DNA of 64,000 nucleotides, taken from the NCBI GenBank assembly GCA_963728565.1, contig CAVSLC010000003.1, positions 87,039 through 151,038 on the forward strand, read 5' to 3'. The notes beneath the pieces were generated by a model. That model was not told where the DNA came from and ran no database searches. It was given only the letters and a program-made list of their open reading frames with translations. The DNA is from an uncultured delta proteobacterium. Its GTDB lineage: Bacteria; Desulfobacterota; Binatia; UBA9968. The position numbers were made by a program, and so were the translations under genes. Positions within the stretch are counted from its first letter, which is position 1, and each line of letters opens with the position of its first letter. This document shows positions 1 through 14,038 of this stretch, in pieces.

Positions 1-2211
1 GATGCCCGTGGCGTCTTCACTCTCGATTTAGTTTCCGCTCGCAAAGGCGGTGAATTCGTAATGGCGCGACCTGAGGAAGTCAACTTCATGGATGTGTCGC
101 CGAATCAACTCGTCAGCGTGGCGGCCTCGCTGATTCCATTCCTTGAAAATGATGACGCCAACCGGGCTCTGATGGGCTCTAACATGCAGCGTCAGGCAGT
201 GCCTCTGTTAAGGACCGAGGCTCCTCTGGTCGGTACCGGGATGGAGAAAGTTGTCGCCCGGGATTCCGGCGTGACAGTCGTGGCGAAGCGCGACGGCGTA
301 ATCGAAAGTGTCGATTCGACTCGCATTGTGGTTAAGGCCGATAAGGCTTCCGGCGCCCGGGACACGGGAGTTGATATCTACAATTTAGTCAAGTACCAGC
401 GTTCCAATCAGAATACTTGCGTCAATCAACGACCAATCGTCAGGATTGGTGACCAAGTAAAAGCCGGCGACGTTATTGCCGACGGTCCATCCACCGAGAT
501 GGGAGAGCTTGCACTGGGCCGCAATGTTCTTGTCGCGCTTATGCCTTGGGGCGGCTACAACTTTGAAGATTCTATTTTAATTAGTGAGCGTGTCGTTAAA
601 GAAGACATTTACACCTCAATTCATATCGAAGAATTTGAATGTGTTTCCCGCGACACCAAGCTCGGGCCGGAAGAGATCACGCGCGACATCCCGAACGTCG
701 GCGACGAAGCGCTGACCGATCTTGACGACAGCGGTATCATCAGGATCGGCGCCGAGGTCAAGCCTAGTGATATCCTCGTGGGAAAAATCACTCCCAAGGG
801 CGAGACTCAGTTGTCCCCTGAAGAAAAACTCTTGCGCGCTATATTCGGAGAGAAGGCTGGTGAGGTCCGAGATACCTCGCTGCGCGTTCCGCCGGGAGTT
901 GAAGGCACGGTCATCAATGTCCGGATCTTTTCGCGCAAAGGTTTGGGCAAAGATGAGAGAAGCAAGGCGATCGAGGACGAAGAGATCATTCGACTACGCA
1001 AAGACCAGCATGATGAAGTCCGAATTCTTCAAGATGGCGCGCTCAGGCGTTTGAAAAAACTTCTAGTCGGCCGGAAACTGGCGAACCGACTAAGCGACGA
1101 CAGTCGAAAACTGCTGCTAGTCAAGGGTAAGGAGATCACCGAAGAAGATCTGGATCAATTGCCGATGAGCTACTGGAGCGAGATCCGTGTCGATAACGAA
1201 TCAGTGGAAGCGGAGCTCGACCGTATCGTTGAAAGCACGGCCGGACAGGTCAAGCTAATCAAAGAGGTATTCGAAGACAAGATCGAAAAACTCAGAGGCG
1301 GCGATGAACTCCCGCCAGGCGTCATCAAGATGGTCAAGGTCTTTGTCGCCATCAAGCGTAAGTTGCAGGTTGGCGACAAGATGGCTGGCCGCCACGGCAA
1401 TAAAGGCGTCATTTCTAGGATCCTGCCCGAAGAGGATATGCCTTATCTAGAGGACGGCACCCCGGTTGACGTGGTGCTCAATCCGCTGGGTGTCCCCTCA
1501 CGTATGAACGTGGGCCAGATTCTTGAAGCGCATCTGGGCTGGGCAGCGCGCAGTCTCGGGCATCAGATCGATCAACTAATGCGCGAACACCGCCAGGAAG
1601 TGGACGCTCTGCGCAAGCGGCTTAAGGAATATCTCAATAGCAAAGAAGCCAGCGAGCTTATCGATGGCGTCAAAGACGCTGACGTATTTAAGCTGGCGGA
1701 GAAATATCGTGACGGGGTGCGTTTGGCGTCGCCGGTTTTTGACGGCGCGGCGGAAGATGAAATCTTTAATTTGCTGCGAAAAGCCGATCTCCCGGTCAGC
1801 GGCCAAGTGACTCTATATGATGGCCGCAGCGGCGAGCCCTTCGACGGCAAAGTCACAGTCGGGATTATGTATATCATGAAACTGCATCACCTGGTTGATG
1901 ACAAAATACATGCTCGCTCCACCGGTCCCTATTCTCTCGTTACACAGCAACCATTGGGCGGAAAGGCTCAGTTTGGCGGCCAGCGGCTCGGAGAAATGGA
2001 GGTTTGGGCGTTAGAGGCTTATGGCGCGGCGTATACGCTTCAAGAAATGCTGACTGTCAAGTCTGATGATGTCGTTGGGCGAACGCGAATGTACGAGGCG
2101 ATTGTTAAAGGGGATAATCTCCTCGAACCAGGATTGCCTGAATCGTTTAACGTGATGGTTAAGGAGCTCCAGAGCCTGGGGCTCGATGTTGATCTAGTCG
2201 AGGAAAAATAG
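1..2211 (+). CDS. rpoB: RNA polymerase subunit beta (5'-partial)
   Basis: Frame open from base 1; motifs [41 protein letters not shown]. Confidence 0.99.
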   Translation, partial: DARGVFTLDLVSARKGGEFVMARPEEVNFMDVSPNQLVSVAASLIPFLENDDANRALMGSNMQRQAVPLLRTEAPLVGTGMEKVVARDSGVTVVAKRDGVIESVDSTRIVVKADKASGARDTGVDIYNLVKYQRSNQNTCVNQRPIVRIGDQVKAGDVIADGPSTEMGELALGRNVLVALMPWGGYNFEDSILISERVVKEDIYTSIHIEEFECVSRDTKLGPEEITRDIPNVGDEALTDLDDSGIIRIGAEVKPSDILVGKITPKGETQLSPEEKLLRAIFGEKAGEVRDTSLRVPPGVEGTVINVRIFSRKGLGKDERSKAIEDEEIIRLRKDQHDEVRILQDGALRRLKKLLVGRKLANRLSDDSRKLLLVKGKEITEEDLDQLPMSYWSEIRVDNESVEAELDRIVESTAGQVKLIKEVFEDKIEKLRGGDELPPGVIKMVKVFVAIKRKLQVGDKMAGRHGNKGVISRILPEEDMPYLEDGTPVDVVLNPLGVPSRMNVGQILEAHLGWAARSLGHQIDQLMREHRQEVDALRKRLKEYLNSKEASELIDGVKDADVFKLAEKYRDGVRLASPVFDGAAEDEIFNLLRKADLPVSGQVTLYDGRSGEPFDGKVTVGIMYIMKLHHLVDDKIHARSTGPYSLVTQQPLGGKAQFGGQRLGEMEVWALEAYGAAYTLQEMLTVKSDDVVGRTRMYEAIVKGDNLLEPGLPESFNVMVKELQSLGLDVDLVEEK

Positions 2212-2258
2212 CTAAGCCTTGTGGAGGCCCACTGCGCTGATGCTGGAGGTGGATCTTT

Positions 2259-5200
2259 ATGGAAGATCTTTTTAACTTATTCGAACGACCGAAAAATCCG
2301 CTAAGTTTTAATGCGATCCGAGTCTCTGTGGCGTCCCCGGAAAAAGTGCGGTCTTGGTCACACGGGGAGGTGAAGAAGCCGGAGACGATTAACTACAGAA
2401 CGTTCAAGCCGGAACGAGATGGTTTATTTTGCGCCAAGATTTTTGGTCCGACCAAAGATTACGAATGTAACTGCGGCAAGTATAAACGCATGCGCCACCG
2501 AGGCGTGGTCTGTGAAAAGTGCGGCGTCGAGGTGATTCAGTCCAAGGTGCGCCGCGAACGGATGGGCCATATCGAGCTGGCCACGCCGGTAGTCCATATC
2601 TGGTTTCTCAAAAGCCTGCCGAGCCGGATCGGTGCTTTGCTCGACATGTCGCTAAAGGATATCGAGAAGGTGCTCTATTTCGAGTCCTATATTGTTATCG
2701 ATCCAGGAGAGACTCCTTTGCAATACAAGGAGCTTTTGAGCGAGGTCCGATATCGCAAAGCGATGGAGGAGTTTGGCGGGAGGTTTACTGCGGAGATGGG
2801 CGCGGAGGCGGTGCGGAAGATCCTCAAAGCCGTCGATGTAGTAAAACTTTCAGAAGATCTGCGCCAAGAGATGCGCGATGCGAACTCCGAGGTTCGTCGC
2901 AAAAAGTTGGCAAAACGATTAAAAGTCCTAAACGCTTTTAGGACTTCGGGGAATCGACCGGAGTGGATGGTCATGGAAGTTGTTCCAGTCATTCCCCCGG
3001 ATCTACGGCCTTTGGTGCCGCTTGATGGTGGTCGTTTCGCGACCTCGGATTTAAACGATCTCTACCGGCGCGTCATCAACCGAAACAATCGGCTCAAGCG
3101 CCTGATGGAGCTAAGCGCGCCGGATATGATCATTCGCAACGAGAAACGCATGCTCCAGGAGGCCGTTGACGCTCTATTTGATAACGGCCGGCGTGGGCGA
3201 GCTATCACCGGCCAAAATCGCCGGCCGCTTAAGTCCTTGAGCGATATGCTTAAAGGTAAAACCGGCAGATTCCGCCAGAACCTGCTCGGCAAACGGGTGG
3301 ACTATTCCGGACGTTCGGTGATCGTTGTTGGACCGGAACTGCGGCTGCACCAATGCGGGCTGCCTAAGAAGATGGCTTTGGAGTTGTTCAAGCCGTTTAT
3401 CTATAACAAGCTCGAAGAGCGCGGCTTCGTCACCACGATCAAGAGCGCAAAGAAAATGGTCGAAAAAGAACGGCCCGAGGTTTGGGATATTCTCGATGAA
3501 GTGATTCGCGAGCACCCGGTGATGCTCAACCGCGCTCCGACATTGCATCGCCTTGGGATTCAAGCTTTTGAGCCGATCCTGATTGAGGGGAAGGCGATTC
3601 AGCTTCATCCATTGGTCTGCGCGGCGTATAACGCAGATTTCGACGGTGATCAGATGGCAGTTCATGTCCCATTGTCGGTCGAAGCTCAGGTTGAAGCTCG
3701 CGCCCTGATGATGTCCACCAACAATATTCTGTCCCCGGCCAATGGTAAGCCCATTATCGTGCCGACCCAGGATATCGTGCTGGGCCTCTACTACATGACC
3801 CGGGATCGCTTCCAAGCCAAAGGCGCCGGGCGCATCTTTAGCAGCCCGACGGAAGTTCGTATCGCCTATGATCAGGGTGAGGTGGAGATTCAAGCGCCGA
3901 TCACCGTGCGGATGAACGGCGAGCGCGTCGAGACCACCGTCGGCCGAATTCTGGTTTATGAGGTTGTGCCGCCGGAGATCGCATTCAAGGAAGTCAATCG
4001 AGTTCTGAAGAAAAAAGAGCTGGCAAATCTGATCGACATCAGTTACCGGCTGGCTGGCAATAAGGCGACCGTTATTCTCGCCGACCGTTTGAAAGATATC
4101 GGATATCGGCATGCCACCAAGGCGGGCATCTCTATCGCCATCAAGGACATGGTGATCCCGCCCAATAAAGAGGTCTTGCTCAAGAGCGCGCACGAAGACG
4201 TTCGCGAAATCGAAGAGCAATACAAGAACGGACTCATTACCGACGGTGAACGTTACAACAAAGTGGTTGATATCTGGGCTGAGGTTACCGATCGAATCGC
4301 CGACGAAATGCTACGCGACCTTGGCTCCGAGAAAGTTACTGATGAAACCGGACGTGAAACTTCGATTCCAAGCTTTAATCCGATCTTCATGATGGCCGAT
4401 TCCGGTGCTCGCGGCAGCGCCCAGCAGATCCGTCAGTTGGCGGGCATGCGCGGGTTGATGGCCAAGCCGTCCGGAGAGATTATTGAGACGCCAATTACGG
4501 CTAACTTTCGTGAGGGATTGACGGTTTTGCAGTACTTCATCTCAACCCACGGCGCGCGCAAGGGGTTGGCTGACACCGCATTGAAGACCGCTAATTCGGG
4601 TTATCTGACTCGACGCCTGGTAGACGTAGCTCAGGACTCGGTGATTTCCGATCCTGATTGCGGCACCATGGATGGCATAGAAATCACGCCGCTCATGGAA
4701 GGCGGTGAGATTATCGAGCCCCTCGGCGATCGCGTGCTCGGGCGAGTCGCGCTCGAGGATGTGCGCGATCCTTTCTCCGGCGACATTATCGTCAAAGCCA
4801 ACCAAGAAATTAATGAAGACTTGGTACAACGCATCGAAGACGCCGGTTTGGAGCGGATCAAGATTCGTTCTGTGTTGACCTGCCAATCGAAGCGCGGCGT
4901 ATGTGTGATGTGCTACGGCCGTGATCTAGGTCGAGGACACATGGTCAATCACGGGGAAGCGATCGGCGTTATTGCGGCGCAATCGATTGGCGAACCGGGA
5001 ACACAGCTCACGATGCGTACGTTTCACATCGGTGGTACTGCGAGCCGGAGAGCAGAGCAGACTACTCTCGAATCGCGCAACGATGGCTATATCAAGTTCA
5101 TCAACGTCAGCACCGTCACCAACAAGGAGAAGGATCTAGTGGTGATGAATCGCAACGGCGAACTCGCCGTCATCGATTATCCGGAAGGTGAGAAAGGCAG

Positions 5201-6386
5201 GGAACGCGAGCGAGAGCGTTACCCGGTGGTTTATGGCGCGAAGCTGAAAAAGAAGGATGGGGACAAGATCAAAGCCGGCGAGTTGATCGCCGAATGGGAT
5301 CCGTACACGATTCCGATTTTGACTGAAATGAGCGGCGTAGTGAAGTTTGGTGACGTCGTTGAAGCGATCACCATGGAGGAGAAGGTGGACGAACGCACAG
5401 GTCTGTCCACAAAGGTAATTATTGACTCCAAAGACGTTGACAAGCGGCCGCGAATTTCCATCAAAGACGATGGTGGACAGACGGCGCGGATGTCAGCAAC
5501 ATCGGAAGCTCGCTATCTGCTACCGGTGGGCGCTCATATCAACGTGCAAGAGGGTCAGACGGTTTACGCGGGGGATGCGATTGCAAAAATCCCGCGCGAA
5601 ACAACCAAGACAAAGGATATTACCGGCGGCTTGCCCCGGGTAGCCGAATTGTTCGAAGCGCGCAAGCCGAAAGAGTTCGCAGTCATAAGTGAAATCGACG
5701 GAACCGTTTCCTTTGGTAAAGACACCAAGGGAAAACGCAAAGTGGTCGTCACTCCCGAAGTTGGCGAACCGCGCGAGTATCTGATCCCCAAGGGCAAACA
5801 CATCAGCGTGCACGAAACCGATCGTATACGCGCTGGCGAGCCTCTCATGGATGGTTCTTCAAATCCCCATGACATTCTCAACATTTTGGGTGAAAAAGCG
5901 CTCGCCAAGTACCTTGTAGACGAAGTTCAGGAGATTTACCGCCTGCAAGGGGTGCGCATCAATGATAAGCACATCGAGGTCATCGTCAGACAGATGTTAC
6001 GCCGTGTGCGCATCAAAGAGGTAGGAGATACCGAATTCCTGGTCGGCGATCAAGTGGAGAAATGGCGGTTTGACGAGGAGAATCAGCGTGCCATCGCAGG
6101 AGGCGGCAAGCCGGCTGTGGCTGAGCCACTGCTTCTCGGAATCACCAAGGCCTCGCTATCGACCGAAAGCTTTATCTCGGCAGCTTCGTTTCAAGAAACG
6201 ACGAAAGTGCTCACTGAAGCGGCGATTCACGGCAAGATTGATTTACTTTGCGGTCTTAAGGAGAACGTCATCATGGGCCGGCTGATCCCGGCGGGAACCG
6301 GGGTCGCGAGATATTCGAAAGCTGAAATCGAAATCGATGCTCCAGAGGGATTCGAAGAGGACATGTCACAGGCCGCAGGAGCTTAA
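2259..6386 (+). CDS. rpoC: RNA polymerase subunit beta'
   Basis: [12 protein letters not shown] catalytic motif, N-terminal Zn finger, GGAGG SD upstream. Confidence 0.99.
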   Translation: MEDLFNLFERPKNPLSFNAIRVSVASPEKVRSWSHGEVKKPETINYRTFKPERDGLFCAKIFGPTKDYECNCGKYKRMRHRGVVCEKCGVEVIQSKVRRERMGHIELATPVVHIWFLKSLPSRIGALLDMSLKDIEKVLYFESYIVIDPGETPLQYKELLSEVRYRKAMEEFGGRFTAEMGAEAVRKILKAVDVVKLSEDLRQEMRDANSEVRRKKLAKRLKVLNAFRTSGNRPEWMVMEVVPVIPPDLRPLVPLDGGRFATSDLNDLYRRVINRNNRLKRLMELSAPDMIIRNEKRMLQEAVDALFDNGRRGRAITGQNRRPLKSLSDMLKGKTGRFRQNLLGKRVDYSGRSVIVVGPELRLHQCGLPKKMALELFKPFIYNKLEERGFVTTIKSAKKMVEKERPEVWDILDEVIREHPVMLNRAPTLHRLGIQAFEPILIEGKAIQLHPLVCAAYNADFDGDQMAVHVPLSVEAQVEARALMMSTNNILSPANGKPIIVPTQDIVLGLYYMTRDRFQAKGAGRIFSSPTEVRIAYDQGEVEIQAPITVRMNGERVETTVGRILVYEVVPPEIAFKEVNRVLKKKELANLIDISYRLAGNKATVILADRLKDIGYRHATKAGISIAIKDMVIPPNKEVLLKSAHEDVREIEEQYKNGLITDGERYNKVVDIWAEVTDRIADEMLRDLGSEKVTDETGRETSIPSFNPIFMMADSGARGSAQQIRQLAGMRGLMAKPSGEIIETPITANFREGLTVLQYFISTHGARKGLADTALKTANSGYLTRRLVDVAQDSVISDPDCGTMDGIEITPLMEGGEIIEPLGDRVLGRVALEDVRDPFSGDIIVKANQEINEDLVQRIEDAGLERIKIRSVLTCQSKRGVCVMCYGRDLGRGHMVNHGEAIGVIAAQSIGEPGTQLTMRTFHIGGTASRRAEQTTLESRNDGYIKFINVSTVTNKEKDLVVMNRNGELAVIDYPEGEKGRERERERYPVVYGAKLKKKDGDKIKAGELIAEWDPYTIPILTEMSGVVKFGDVVEAITMEEKVDERTGLSTKVIIDSKDVDKRPRISIKDDGGQTARMSATSEARYLLPVGAHINVQEGQTVYAGDAIAKIPRETTKTKDITGGLPRVAELFEARKPKEFAVISEIDGTVSFGKDTKGKRKVVVTPEVGEPREYLIPKGKHISVHETDRIRAGEPLMDGSSNPHDILNILGEKALAKYLVDEVQEIYRLQGVRINDKHIEVIVRQMLRRVRIKEVGDTEFLVGDQVEKWRFDEENQRAIAGGGKPAVAEPLLLGITKASLSTESFISAASFQETTKVLTEAAIHGKIDLLCGLKENVIMGRLIPAGTGVARYSKAEIEIDAPEGFEEDMSQAAGA

Positions 6387-6482
6387 GCTTTTGACATGGT
6401 GGGATGAATTTGTTAACTAGAGTGGTTCCCCAGGAAGTTGTTGCTTTATCCATATCAATTAATTTGGTGATCGAATAAACGT

Positions 6483-7326
<844 letters not shown>

Positions 7327-7346
7327 ATTTAGAAAAGATATATTGT

Positions 7347-7379
7347 AAAAAGGAGGCGGTTGATCCGCCTCCTTTTTTT
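7347..7379 (+). terminator. Intrinsic terminator-like hairpin between rpsG and fusA
   Basis: AAAAAGGAGGCGG-TTGAT-CCGCCTCCTTTTTTT: 8-bp GC-rich stem, 7-T tail, upstream A-tract. Confidence 0.7.
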
Positions 7380-7393
7380 CCCGGTGTAGAGCA

Positions 7394-9490
7394 ATGCCTA
7401 GAACTGTTCCCTTAGATAGAACCCGCAATATCGGCATCATGGCCCATATTGATGCGGGAAAGACGACAACCACCGAAAGGATCCTTTATTATACGGGGAT
7501 CAACTACAAGATCGGCGAGGTTCACGAGGGAACTGCGACCATGGACTGGATGGTCCAAGAGCAAGAGCGCGGCATTACTATCACTTCAGCCGCAACCACC
7601 TGTTTATGGCGAGATCACCGGGTCAATATCATTGATACGCCGGGACACGTTGACTTTACGATCGAGGTGGAACGTTCGCTGCGAGTTTTAGACGGCGCCG
7701 TAGGGGTTTTCTGCTCGGTGGGTGGCGTCGAGCCGCAGACCGAGACTGTTTGGCGGCAGGCCGATAAGTACCAGGTTCCCCGAATCGCATTTGTCAACAA
7801 GATGGATCGGTTGGGAGCGGATTTCTTCCGGGTCGTCCAAATGATCAAGGATCGTCTCGGCGCGCGCGCGGTTCCGTTGCAGTTGCCAATCGGTGCCGAG
7901 GATAAATTCATCGGCGTCATCGATCTGGTGCGCATGAAGTCGATTGTCTGGGAGGATGAGAGTCTCGGCGCCAAGTTTCGTGATGAAGCTATACCGGAGG
8001 AGCTAGCATCGGCGGCGGCCGAGTATCGTGAAAAGTTGATCGAAGCGGCTGCGGATTCGGACGAGACAATCATGGAGAAGTACTTGGAGGGCCACGAAAT
8101 CAGCGAAGCTGAGCTGACGAAGGCCATCCGAAGTGCTACTTTGGCGATCAAGATCATTCCGGTGCTGTGCGGTTCGGCGTTCCGCAACAAAGGTGTTCAG
8201 CCGTTGCTCGACGCCGTGATCGAGTACTTGCCCTCGCCATTGGATATTCCGCCGGTTAAAGGCATCGATCCCGACACCCAGGCGCCCGACGAACGCCCCG
8301 CCAAGGACGATGCTCCGTTTTCGGCTCTAGCGTTCAAAATCATGACTGACCCGTTCGTTGGAACGTTGAGTTTTTTCAGAGTCTACTCCGGATCGTTGAC
8401 TGCGGGCGCCAGCGTTTATAATTCAACCAAAGGCAAGCGCGAGAGAATAGGTCGTCTTTTGAAGATGCACGCGAACAAGCGTGAAGAGATAAAAGAAGTG
8501 TACGCCGGTGATATTGCCGCTGGAGTGGGTCTGCGAACTGCAACCACGGGCGATACTTTGTGCGATGAGAACGATCCGATTATTCTCGAATCCATCGAGT
8601 TTCCGGAGCCGGTAATTTCGATTGCCATCGAACCGAAAAGCAAGGCCGATCAGGAAAAGCTTGGCTTGTCACTGCAGAAGCTAGCCGCTGAAGACCCGTC
8701 GTTCCGAGTGCGGACCGACGAAGAGACCGGCCAGACGATTATTTCCGGCATGGGCGAGCTTCACCTGGAAATCATCGTTGATCGCCTACTAAGAGAATTT
8801 AACGTCGGCGCCAATGTCGGTAAGCCGCAGGTCGCCTATAAGGAAACGGTTCGTAAGGCGGTCGAGCAGCAGGGCAAGTTCATTCGCCAAACCGGTGGCC
8901 GCGGTCAGTACGGTGATGTCTGGATCAAATTAGAGCCACAACAGCCCGGAGCTGGTTTTGAGTTCGTCGACGCCATTAAGGGCGGTTCGATTCCGCGCGA
9001 GTATATTCCGGCGGTAGAAAAAGGTGTCAAAGAGGCGACGGAAAATGGCGCTTTGGCGGGTTATCCGATGGTTGATGTAAAGGTCACGTTGTTCGACGGC
9101 AGCTATCATGACGTCGATTCATCGGAAATCGCTTTTAAGATCGCCGGCTCAATGGCTTTCAAAGAGGCTGCGCGCAAAGCGAGTCCGGTCCTGCTCGAAC
9201 CGATTATGTCAGTGGAGGTCGTGGTGCCTGAAGATTTCATGGGCGACGTGATTGGCGATCTCAACTCGCGCCGGGGTAAGGTTTTGGGAATGGATACGCG
9301 ACCGGCTGCCCAGGCCATAGATGCGCGGGTGCCGCTGGCCCAGATGTTCGGTTATGCTACCGATCTGCGTTCAATGACCCAGGGCCGAGCAACCTACACA
9401 ATGCAATTCTCACATTATGAGCCGGTGCCGGCCAACGTTGCCGAGGGGATTATTGCCAAGTTAGACGGCAAGTCGGATGACAAAAAATGA
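7394..9490 (+). CDS. fusA: Elongation factor G
   Basis: [23 protein letters not shown]. Confidence 0.99.
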   Translation: MPRTVPLDRTRNIGIMAHIDAGKTTTTERILYYTGINYKIGEVHEGTATMDWMVQEQERGITITSAATTCLWRDHRVNIIDTPGHVDFTIEVERSLRVLDGAVGVFCSVGGVEPQTETVWRQADKYQVPRIAFVNKMDRLGADFFRVVQMIKDRLGARAVPLQLPIGAEDKFIGVIDLVRMKSIVWEDESLGAKFRDEAIPEELASAAAEYREKLIEAAADSDETIMEKYLEGHEISEAELTKAIRSATLAIKIIPVLCGSAFRNKGVQPLLDAVIEYLPSPLDIPPVKGIDPDTQAPDERPAKDDAPFSALAFKIMTDPFVGTLSFFRVYSGSLTAGASVYNSTKGKRERIGRLLKMHANKREEIKEVYAGDIAAGVGLRTATTGDTLCDENDPIILESIEFPEPVISIAIEPKSKADQEKLGLSLQKLAAEDPSFRVRTDEETGQTIISGMGELHLEIIVDRLLREFNVGANVGKPQVAYKETVRKAVEQQGKFIRQTGGRGQYGDVWIKLEPQQPGAGFEFVDAIKGGSIPREYIPAVEKGVKEATENGALAGYPMVDVKVTLFDGSYHDVDSSEIAFKIAGSMAFKEAARKASPVLLEPIMSVEVVVPEDFMGDVIGDLNSRRGKVLGMDTRPAAQAIDARVPLAQMFGYATDLRSMTQGRATYTMQFSHYEPVPANVAEGIIAKLDGKSDDKK

Positions 9491-9795
9491 ACGAGAAAAT
9501 TAGGATTCGGCTAAAGGCCTACGATCATCGGGTGTTGGATCAATCGGTGGGAGAGATCGTCGAAACAGTAAAACGCACCGGTGGCAGAGTGGCTGGCCCG
9601 ATTCCATTGCCGACACGGATCGAACGGTTTACGGTCAATCGCTCGCCTCATGTCGACAAGAAGTCTCGCGATCAATTCGAGATCCGAACCCATAAGAGAT
9701 TGCTCGATATTTTGGAGCCGACGCAGCAGACCATTGACGCATTGGGAAAGCTCGATATCGCTGCGGGCGTGGATGTTGAGATCAAGCTTCAATAA
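9487..9795 (+). CDS. rpsJ: 30S ribosomal protein S10
   Basis: [19 protein letters not shown]; ATGA overlap with fusA stop. Confidence 0.99.
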   Translation: MNEKIRIRLKAYDHRVLDQSVGEIVETVKRTGGRVAGPIPLPTRIERFTVNRSPHVDKKSRDQFEIRTHKRLLDILEPTQQTIDALGKLDIAAGVDVEIKLQ

Positions 9796-9837
9796 GGGAG
9801 ACAGCTCTACTAGAAAAGCTTCGCCTGAGAAAATCAT

Positions 9838-10470
9838 ATGACTGGCCTTATCGGAAAAAAACTTGGGATGACGCAATTTTATTCTGCGGATGGGAACGTG
9901 GTTCCCGTTACGGTCATTGAGACCGGGCCCTGTGTTGTAGTGCAGAAGAAGGAAACAGCGATAGACGGTTACAATGCCCTGCAGGTAGGCTTCGGCAGCA
10001 AGAAGAGCCAGCGGGTCAACAAGGCCCTTCAAGGGCATATGGCCAAGGCAGGCAAAGGTGCATTTTCGATTTTGAGAGAATTCCGCTCTGACGATGTGAC
10101 AGGGTATCAGGTGGGGCAAGAGATCAAAGTGGCTGATCTGTTCAAGATCGGGGACCTGATCGATGTCTCCGGAGTTTCAAAGGGGCATGGCTTCTCGGGG
10201 GTCATCAAGAGATGGTCCTTTGCCGGGTTTCCAGGATCCCATGGTACTCACGAATATTTTCGGCACGGTGGATCGATCGGTAACCGATCGTATCCAGGGC
10301 GGGTGCGCAAGGGTAAGAAAATGGCTGGGCACTGGGGCAATGAGAATATATCGATCCAAAATCTGGAAGTCATCGACGTTCGCGCCGAAGAGAATCTGCT
10401 CCTCGTAAAGGGAGCTGTTCCGGGGGCCAAACAAGGCGTCGTAATTCTACGACGAGCGGTAAAAGGATAG
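9838..10470 (+). CDS. rplC: 50S ribosomal protein L3
   Basis: GKKLGMTQ, KGKKMAGHWG; S10 operon order. Confidence 0.98.
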   Translation: MTGLIGKKLGMTQFYSADGNVVPVTVIETGPCVVVQKKETAIDGYNALQVGFGSKKSQRVNKALQGHMAKAGKGAFSILREFRSDDVTGYQVGQEIKVADLFKIGDLIDVSGVSKGHGFSGVIKRWSFAGFPGSHGTHEYFRHGGSIGNRSYPGRVRKGKKMAGHWGNENISIQNLEVIDVRAEENLLLVKGAVPGAKQGVVILRRAVKG

Positions 10471-10476
10471 GTCGCG

Positions 10477-11073
10477 ATGGAAGTTCATGTGGCAGAGCCC
10501 AAGCTTGATGAACGGATTTTTGGCGTGAACGCGCGCCCGCATCTGTTGCATCAGGCTGTCGTCATGCAGTTGAGGAACCGGCGCGCGGGTACGGCTGCGA
10601 CCAAGTCTAAAGGTTTTGTCCGCGGCGGTGGCAAGAAGCCGTGGCGTCAAAAGGGCACGGGGCGTGCCCGCTCGGGCAGTATTCGGTCACCGATATGGGT
10701 CGGAGGTGGGACGATCTTTGGTCCTCAGCCGCGCGATTATTCTTTCCGTATGCCGCGTAAAGCGCGGCGCGAGGCTTTGCTGTCGGCGTTAAGTCTTAAG
10801 AATCAAGAAGGAAAGCTCATCGTTCTTGATAAGCTTGAGCTTGAGGAAGCAAAGACCAAGTTAATGGCGAATGCTCTTGCGGAATTGAAGGTCCAGAGCG
10901 CCCTGCTGGTGGTTTCACAGGCCGATGCGAAAATCGAGCGGGCCGCTCGTAACTTGCCAAAGATCAAAGTGCTTCGAGTCGAAGGTTTGAACGTCTACGA
11001 TCTTCTTCGATACGATCACCTGATCCTTATGGAAGGCGCGTTGAAGCAGTTGGAAGAGAGGTTGGCTTCATGA
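10477..11073 (+). CDS. rplD: 50S ribosomal protein L4
   Basis: KPWRQKGTGRARSGS. Confidence 0.98.
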   Translation: MEVHVAEPKLDERIFGVNARPHLLHQAVVMQLRNRRAGTAATKSKGFVRGGGKKPWRQKGTGRARSGSIRSPIWVGGGTIFGPQPRDYSFRMPRKARREALLSALSLKNQEGKLIVLDKLELEEAKTKLMANALAELKVQSALLVVSQADAKIERAARNLPKIKVLRVEGLNVYDLLRYDHLILMEGALKQLEERLAS

Positions 11074-11360
11074 GAGGACCTCAGGAAATCATCAAGGCGC
11101 CGGTCATTTCGGAGAAAGGTTCGCTGCTTGCCGAGACGGTGCAGCAGGTGTTGTTCAAGGTGCGCCCTGATGCCAACAAAGTTGAAGTTAAAAAGGCTGT
11201 TGAGTCTCTTTTTAAGGTCAAAGTCGTTAAAGTGCGCATGGCCCGTTATCTGGGAAAGGTGCGCCGGGTAGGCAAAAGCACGGGCCGGCGGCCGGAATGG
11301 AAGAAGGCATACGTAACCTTACGCGAAGGCGATAAGATCGACTTTTTCGGCGCGGCATAG
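11070..11360 (+). CDS. rplW: 50S ribosomal protein L23
   Basis: PVISEK, WKKAYVTL. Confidence 0.98.
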   Translation: MRGPQEIIKAPVISEKGSLLAETVQQVLFKVRPDANKVEVKKAVESLFKVKVVKVRMARYLGKVRRVGKSTGRRPEWKKAYVTLREGDKIDFFGAA

Positions 11361-11372
11361 AGAGAATAAATC

Positions 11373-12200
11373 ATGGCGATTAGAACCTATCGACCGACAT
11401 CGGCCGGGATGCGTTTCCGAACGGGCTTGACCTTTGATGAAGTTGCAAAGAAGCGACCTGAGAAGGCATTGAGAACGCCTTTGGGTCATAGCGGTGGTCG
11501 TAACAACAATGGACGTATTACCGCTGATCATCGAGGCGGAGGACACAAACGGCTCTATCGTGTTATCGATTTCAAGCGTAACAAAAAAGGTGTTCCGGCG
11601 AAGGTTGAAGCGATTGAATACGATCCAAATCGCTCAGCCAACATCGCGCTGCTTTGTTACGCCGATGGCGAGCGGCGGTACATCCTAGCGCCGGAACGTC
11701 TTAAAGTGGGCGATTCCGTGATAGCTGGGGATGATAACGTCGACATTCAACCGGGTAATTCGCTGCCTCTAAAGTTTGTTCCAGTTGGTACTGTGGTTCA
11801 CAACGTTGAACTTAAAATAGGTAAAGGCGGTCAGCTAGCCCGAAGCGCCGGTTCAGGCATTCAGTTAATGGCCAAAGAAGGTTCTTATGCGTTGCTGAAG
11901 CTTCCTTCAGGTGAACTCCGTAATGTTCTGGCTGAGTGCCGCGCAACCATCGGTCAGGTCGGCAATGCCGACCAGGAGAATGTTTCCTGGGGCAAGGCCG
12001 GACGAATGCGCTGGCTCGGTTTTCGATCGACCACCCGCGGGATTGCCAAGAATCCCGTCGATCATCCGCATGGCGGCGGCGAAGGACGGTCCAAAGGCAA
12101 TCATCCGATGACACCGTGGGGGAAGCCGACCAAAGGCTACAAGACTCGGAAAAATCAGTCCACGGATAAGTACATCGTCAAAGGAAGAAAGGCGAAATAA
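11373..12200 (+). CDS. rplB: 50S ribosomal protein L2
   Basis: [21 protein letters not shown]. Confidence 0.99.
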   Translation: MAIRTYRPTSAGMRFRTGLTFDEVAKKRPEKALRTPLGHSGGRNNNGRITADHRGGGHKRLYRVIDFKRNKKGVPAKVEAIEYDPNRSANIALLCYADGERRYILAPERLKVGDSVIAGDDNVDIQPGNSLPLKFVPVGTVVHNVELKIGKGGQLARSAGSGIQLMAKEGSYALLKLPSGELRNVLAECRATIGQVGNADQENVSWGKAGRMRWLGFRSTTRGIAKNPVDHPHGGGEGRSKGNHPMTPWGKPTKGYKTRKNQSTDKYIVKGRKAK

Positions 12201-12202
12201 GC

Positions 12203-12514
12203 ATGCCGCGTTCGATAAAAAAGGGGCCCTTCGTCGATGAACATCTAACCAAGAAGATTTCGGCGATGAACGAATCACGTCAGAAGCAAGTGATCCGGAC
12301 CTGGTCGCGTCGGTCCACCGTGACGCCTGAGATGGTCGGTCATACGATCGGCGTGCACAACGGTCGAAAGTTCATTCCGGTATTTGTTTCCGAAAACATG
12401 GTCGGACATAAACTCGGTGAGTTCTCGCCGACCCGAACTTTCTTTGCTCATTCGGGAGACAAGAAGGCCGAATCGGGTCAGGCCGGAGCGAGACCCGGCG
12501 GCGCCTCCAGATAG
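12203..12514 (+). CDS. rpsS: 30S ribosomal protein S19
   Basis: [19 protein letters not shown]; short Gly/Ala-rich C-terminal extension. Confidence 0.98.
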   Translation: MPRSIKKGPFVDEHLTKKISAMNESRQKQVIRTWSRRSTVTPEMVGHTIGVHNGRKFIPVFVSENMVGHKLGEFSPTRTFFAHSGDKKAESGQAGARPGGASR

Positions 12515-12578
12515 CTCCGGTTGGCTATCTGTGGCCGAGAATCCTACACGCATGGAACCAAAGGTTATTAACTGATTT

Positions 12579-12923
12579 ATGGAAGCTCGCGCGATTACGA
12601 AGTTTATCAGGCTATCCCCCCGCAAGGTGCGGTTGGTAGTCGATCAGATTCGCGGCAAAGGGGTTGAAGAGGCGCTGAATATTTTAAAATTCACACCGAA
12701 GCGTTCCGCCCTAATTGTCTCCAAGACTTTGCGCACCGCGGTCGCTAACGCTGAAAGCACGCAGAGCGTCGACGTGGATCAACTCTACGTCAAACAGGCC
12801 AACGTCGATGAGGCCGGAATGTGGAAGCGATTTACCCCGCGAGCGCAGGGAAGAGCCACGCGAATTCGTAAGCGCTTGAGTCATATCACCATTGTGTTGG
12901 ATGAGGTGAGTGAGAGGAGATAA
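12579..12923 (+). CDS. rplV: 50S ribosomal protein L22
   Basis: [15 protein letters not shown]. Confidence 0.98.
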   Translation: MEARAITKFIRLSPRKVRLVVDQIRGKGVEEALNILKFTPKRSALIVSKTLRTAVANAESTQSVDVDQLYVKQANVDEAGMWKRFTPRAQGRATRIRKRLSHITIVLDEVSERR

Positions 12924-12924
12924 C

Positions 12925-13587
12925 ATGGGTCAGAAAACACATCCAAAGATGTTTCGCTTAGGTGTCATAGAGTCATGGGATTCGAAATGGTACTCACGCC
13001 ACGATTATGCCAAGCTGCTTCACGAAGATTTTCGTGTGAAGAAGTTTTTAAAAAGCCGACTGTATCATGCCGGCATTTCAAAAATTGAAATCGAACGAGC
13101 CGCTAATAAGGCGAAAATCAATATTCATACCGCGCGCCCAGGAATCGTAATTGGTAAAAAGGGCGCTGAGATCGAAAAACTAAAAGAAGAAATCGCCAAG
13201 CTTACTAATCGCGAAACCTACATCAACATTCATGAAGTCAGGCGGCCGGACCTGGACGGACAGCTCGTGGCCGAAAACGTCGCCCTGCAGCTGGAACGTC
13301 GGGTGGCTTTTCGGCGCGCTATGAAAGAAAGCGTTTCGCGGGCAATGCGTATGGGAGCTCAAGGTGTAAAGATTCAATGCGCAGGTCGATTGGGCGGTTC
13401 GGAAATCGCCCGAACCGAATGGTACCGTGAGGGGCGGGTTCCGCTCCACACTCTGCGGGCGGACGTCAATTATGGGTTTGCCGAGGCGCGCACGACCTAC
13501 GGCATCATCGGCGTGAAGGCTTGGATATTCCGAGGTGAGGTGCTCACTGAAGAAGAAGAACAGCAGAAAGCTATGTTGGGCGGCTGA
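12925..13587 (+). CDS. rpsC: 30S ribosomal protein S3
   Basis: MGQKTHP start; [11 protein letters not shown]. Confidence 0.98.
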   Translation: MGQKTHPKMFRLGVIESWDSKWYSRHDYAKLLHEDFRVKKFLKSRLYHAGISKIEIERAANKAKINIHTARPGIVIGKKGAEIEKLKEEIAKLTNRETYINIHEVRRPDLDGQLVAENVALQLERRVAFRRAMKESVSRAMRMGAQGVKIQCAGRLGGSEIARTEWYREGRVPLHTLRADVNYGFAEARTTYGIIGVKAWIFRGEVLTEEEEQQKAMLGG

Positions 13588-13612
13588 TGAAAAATGATCT
13601 GAGACAGGTAAG

Positions 13613-14038
13613 ATGCTCGAACCGAAAAAGGTAAAATACCGAAAAATACAAAAGGGTCGCCGGCGCGGAACCGCATACCGAGGTTCCACTCTGGCGTTTG
13701 GAGATTTCGGACTGAAGGCAATAGACCGCGGTTGGATGAGTGCGCGAGAAATCGAAGCAGCTCGAGTCGCTCTAACGCGGTATCTCAAGAGAGGCGGAAA
13801 AGTTTGGATCAGGATCTTCCCGGACAAACCCTTGACCAAAAAGCCAGCGGAAACCCGAATGGGAAAGGGCAAGGGATCCCCGGAAATGTGGGTGGCGGTG
13901 GTTCAGCCCGGAAGAATTCTTTTTGAAATGGAAGGCGTGGAGGCTAGCCTCGCACGCGAGGCGTTTCGGCTGGCGGCGCACAAGTTGTCCATCCCAACTA
14001 TTGTCGTCGAAAGAAGAGGCGTGGTTCATGGAAGCTAA
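13613..14038 (+). CDS. rplP: 50S ribosomal protein L16
   Basis: [16 protein letters not shown]. Confidence 0.98.
   Translation: MLEPKKVKYRKIQKGRRRGTAYRGSTLAFGDFGLKAIDRGWMSAREIEAARVALTRYLKRGGKVWIRIFPDKPLTKKPAETRMGKGKGSPEMWVAVVQPGRILFEMEGVEASLAREAFRLAAHKLSIPTIVVERRGVVHGS

Noticed and set aside
3174-4220. Long antisense ORFs (348 aa here; also 43163-44224, 48905-49642 and others)
   Set aside because: Shadow frames of well-supported genes, expected from codon bias at this GC content
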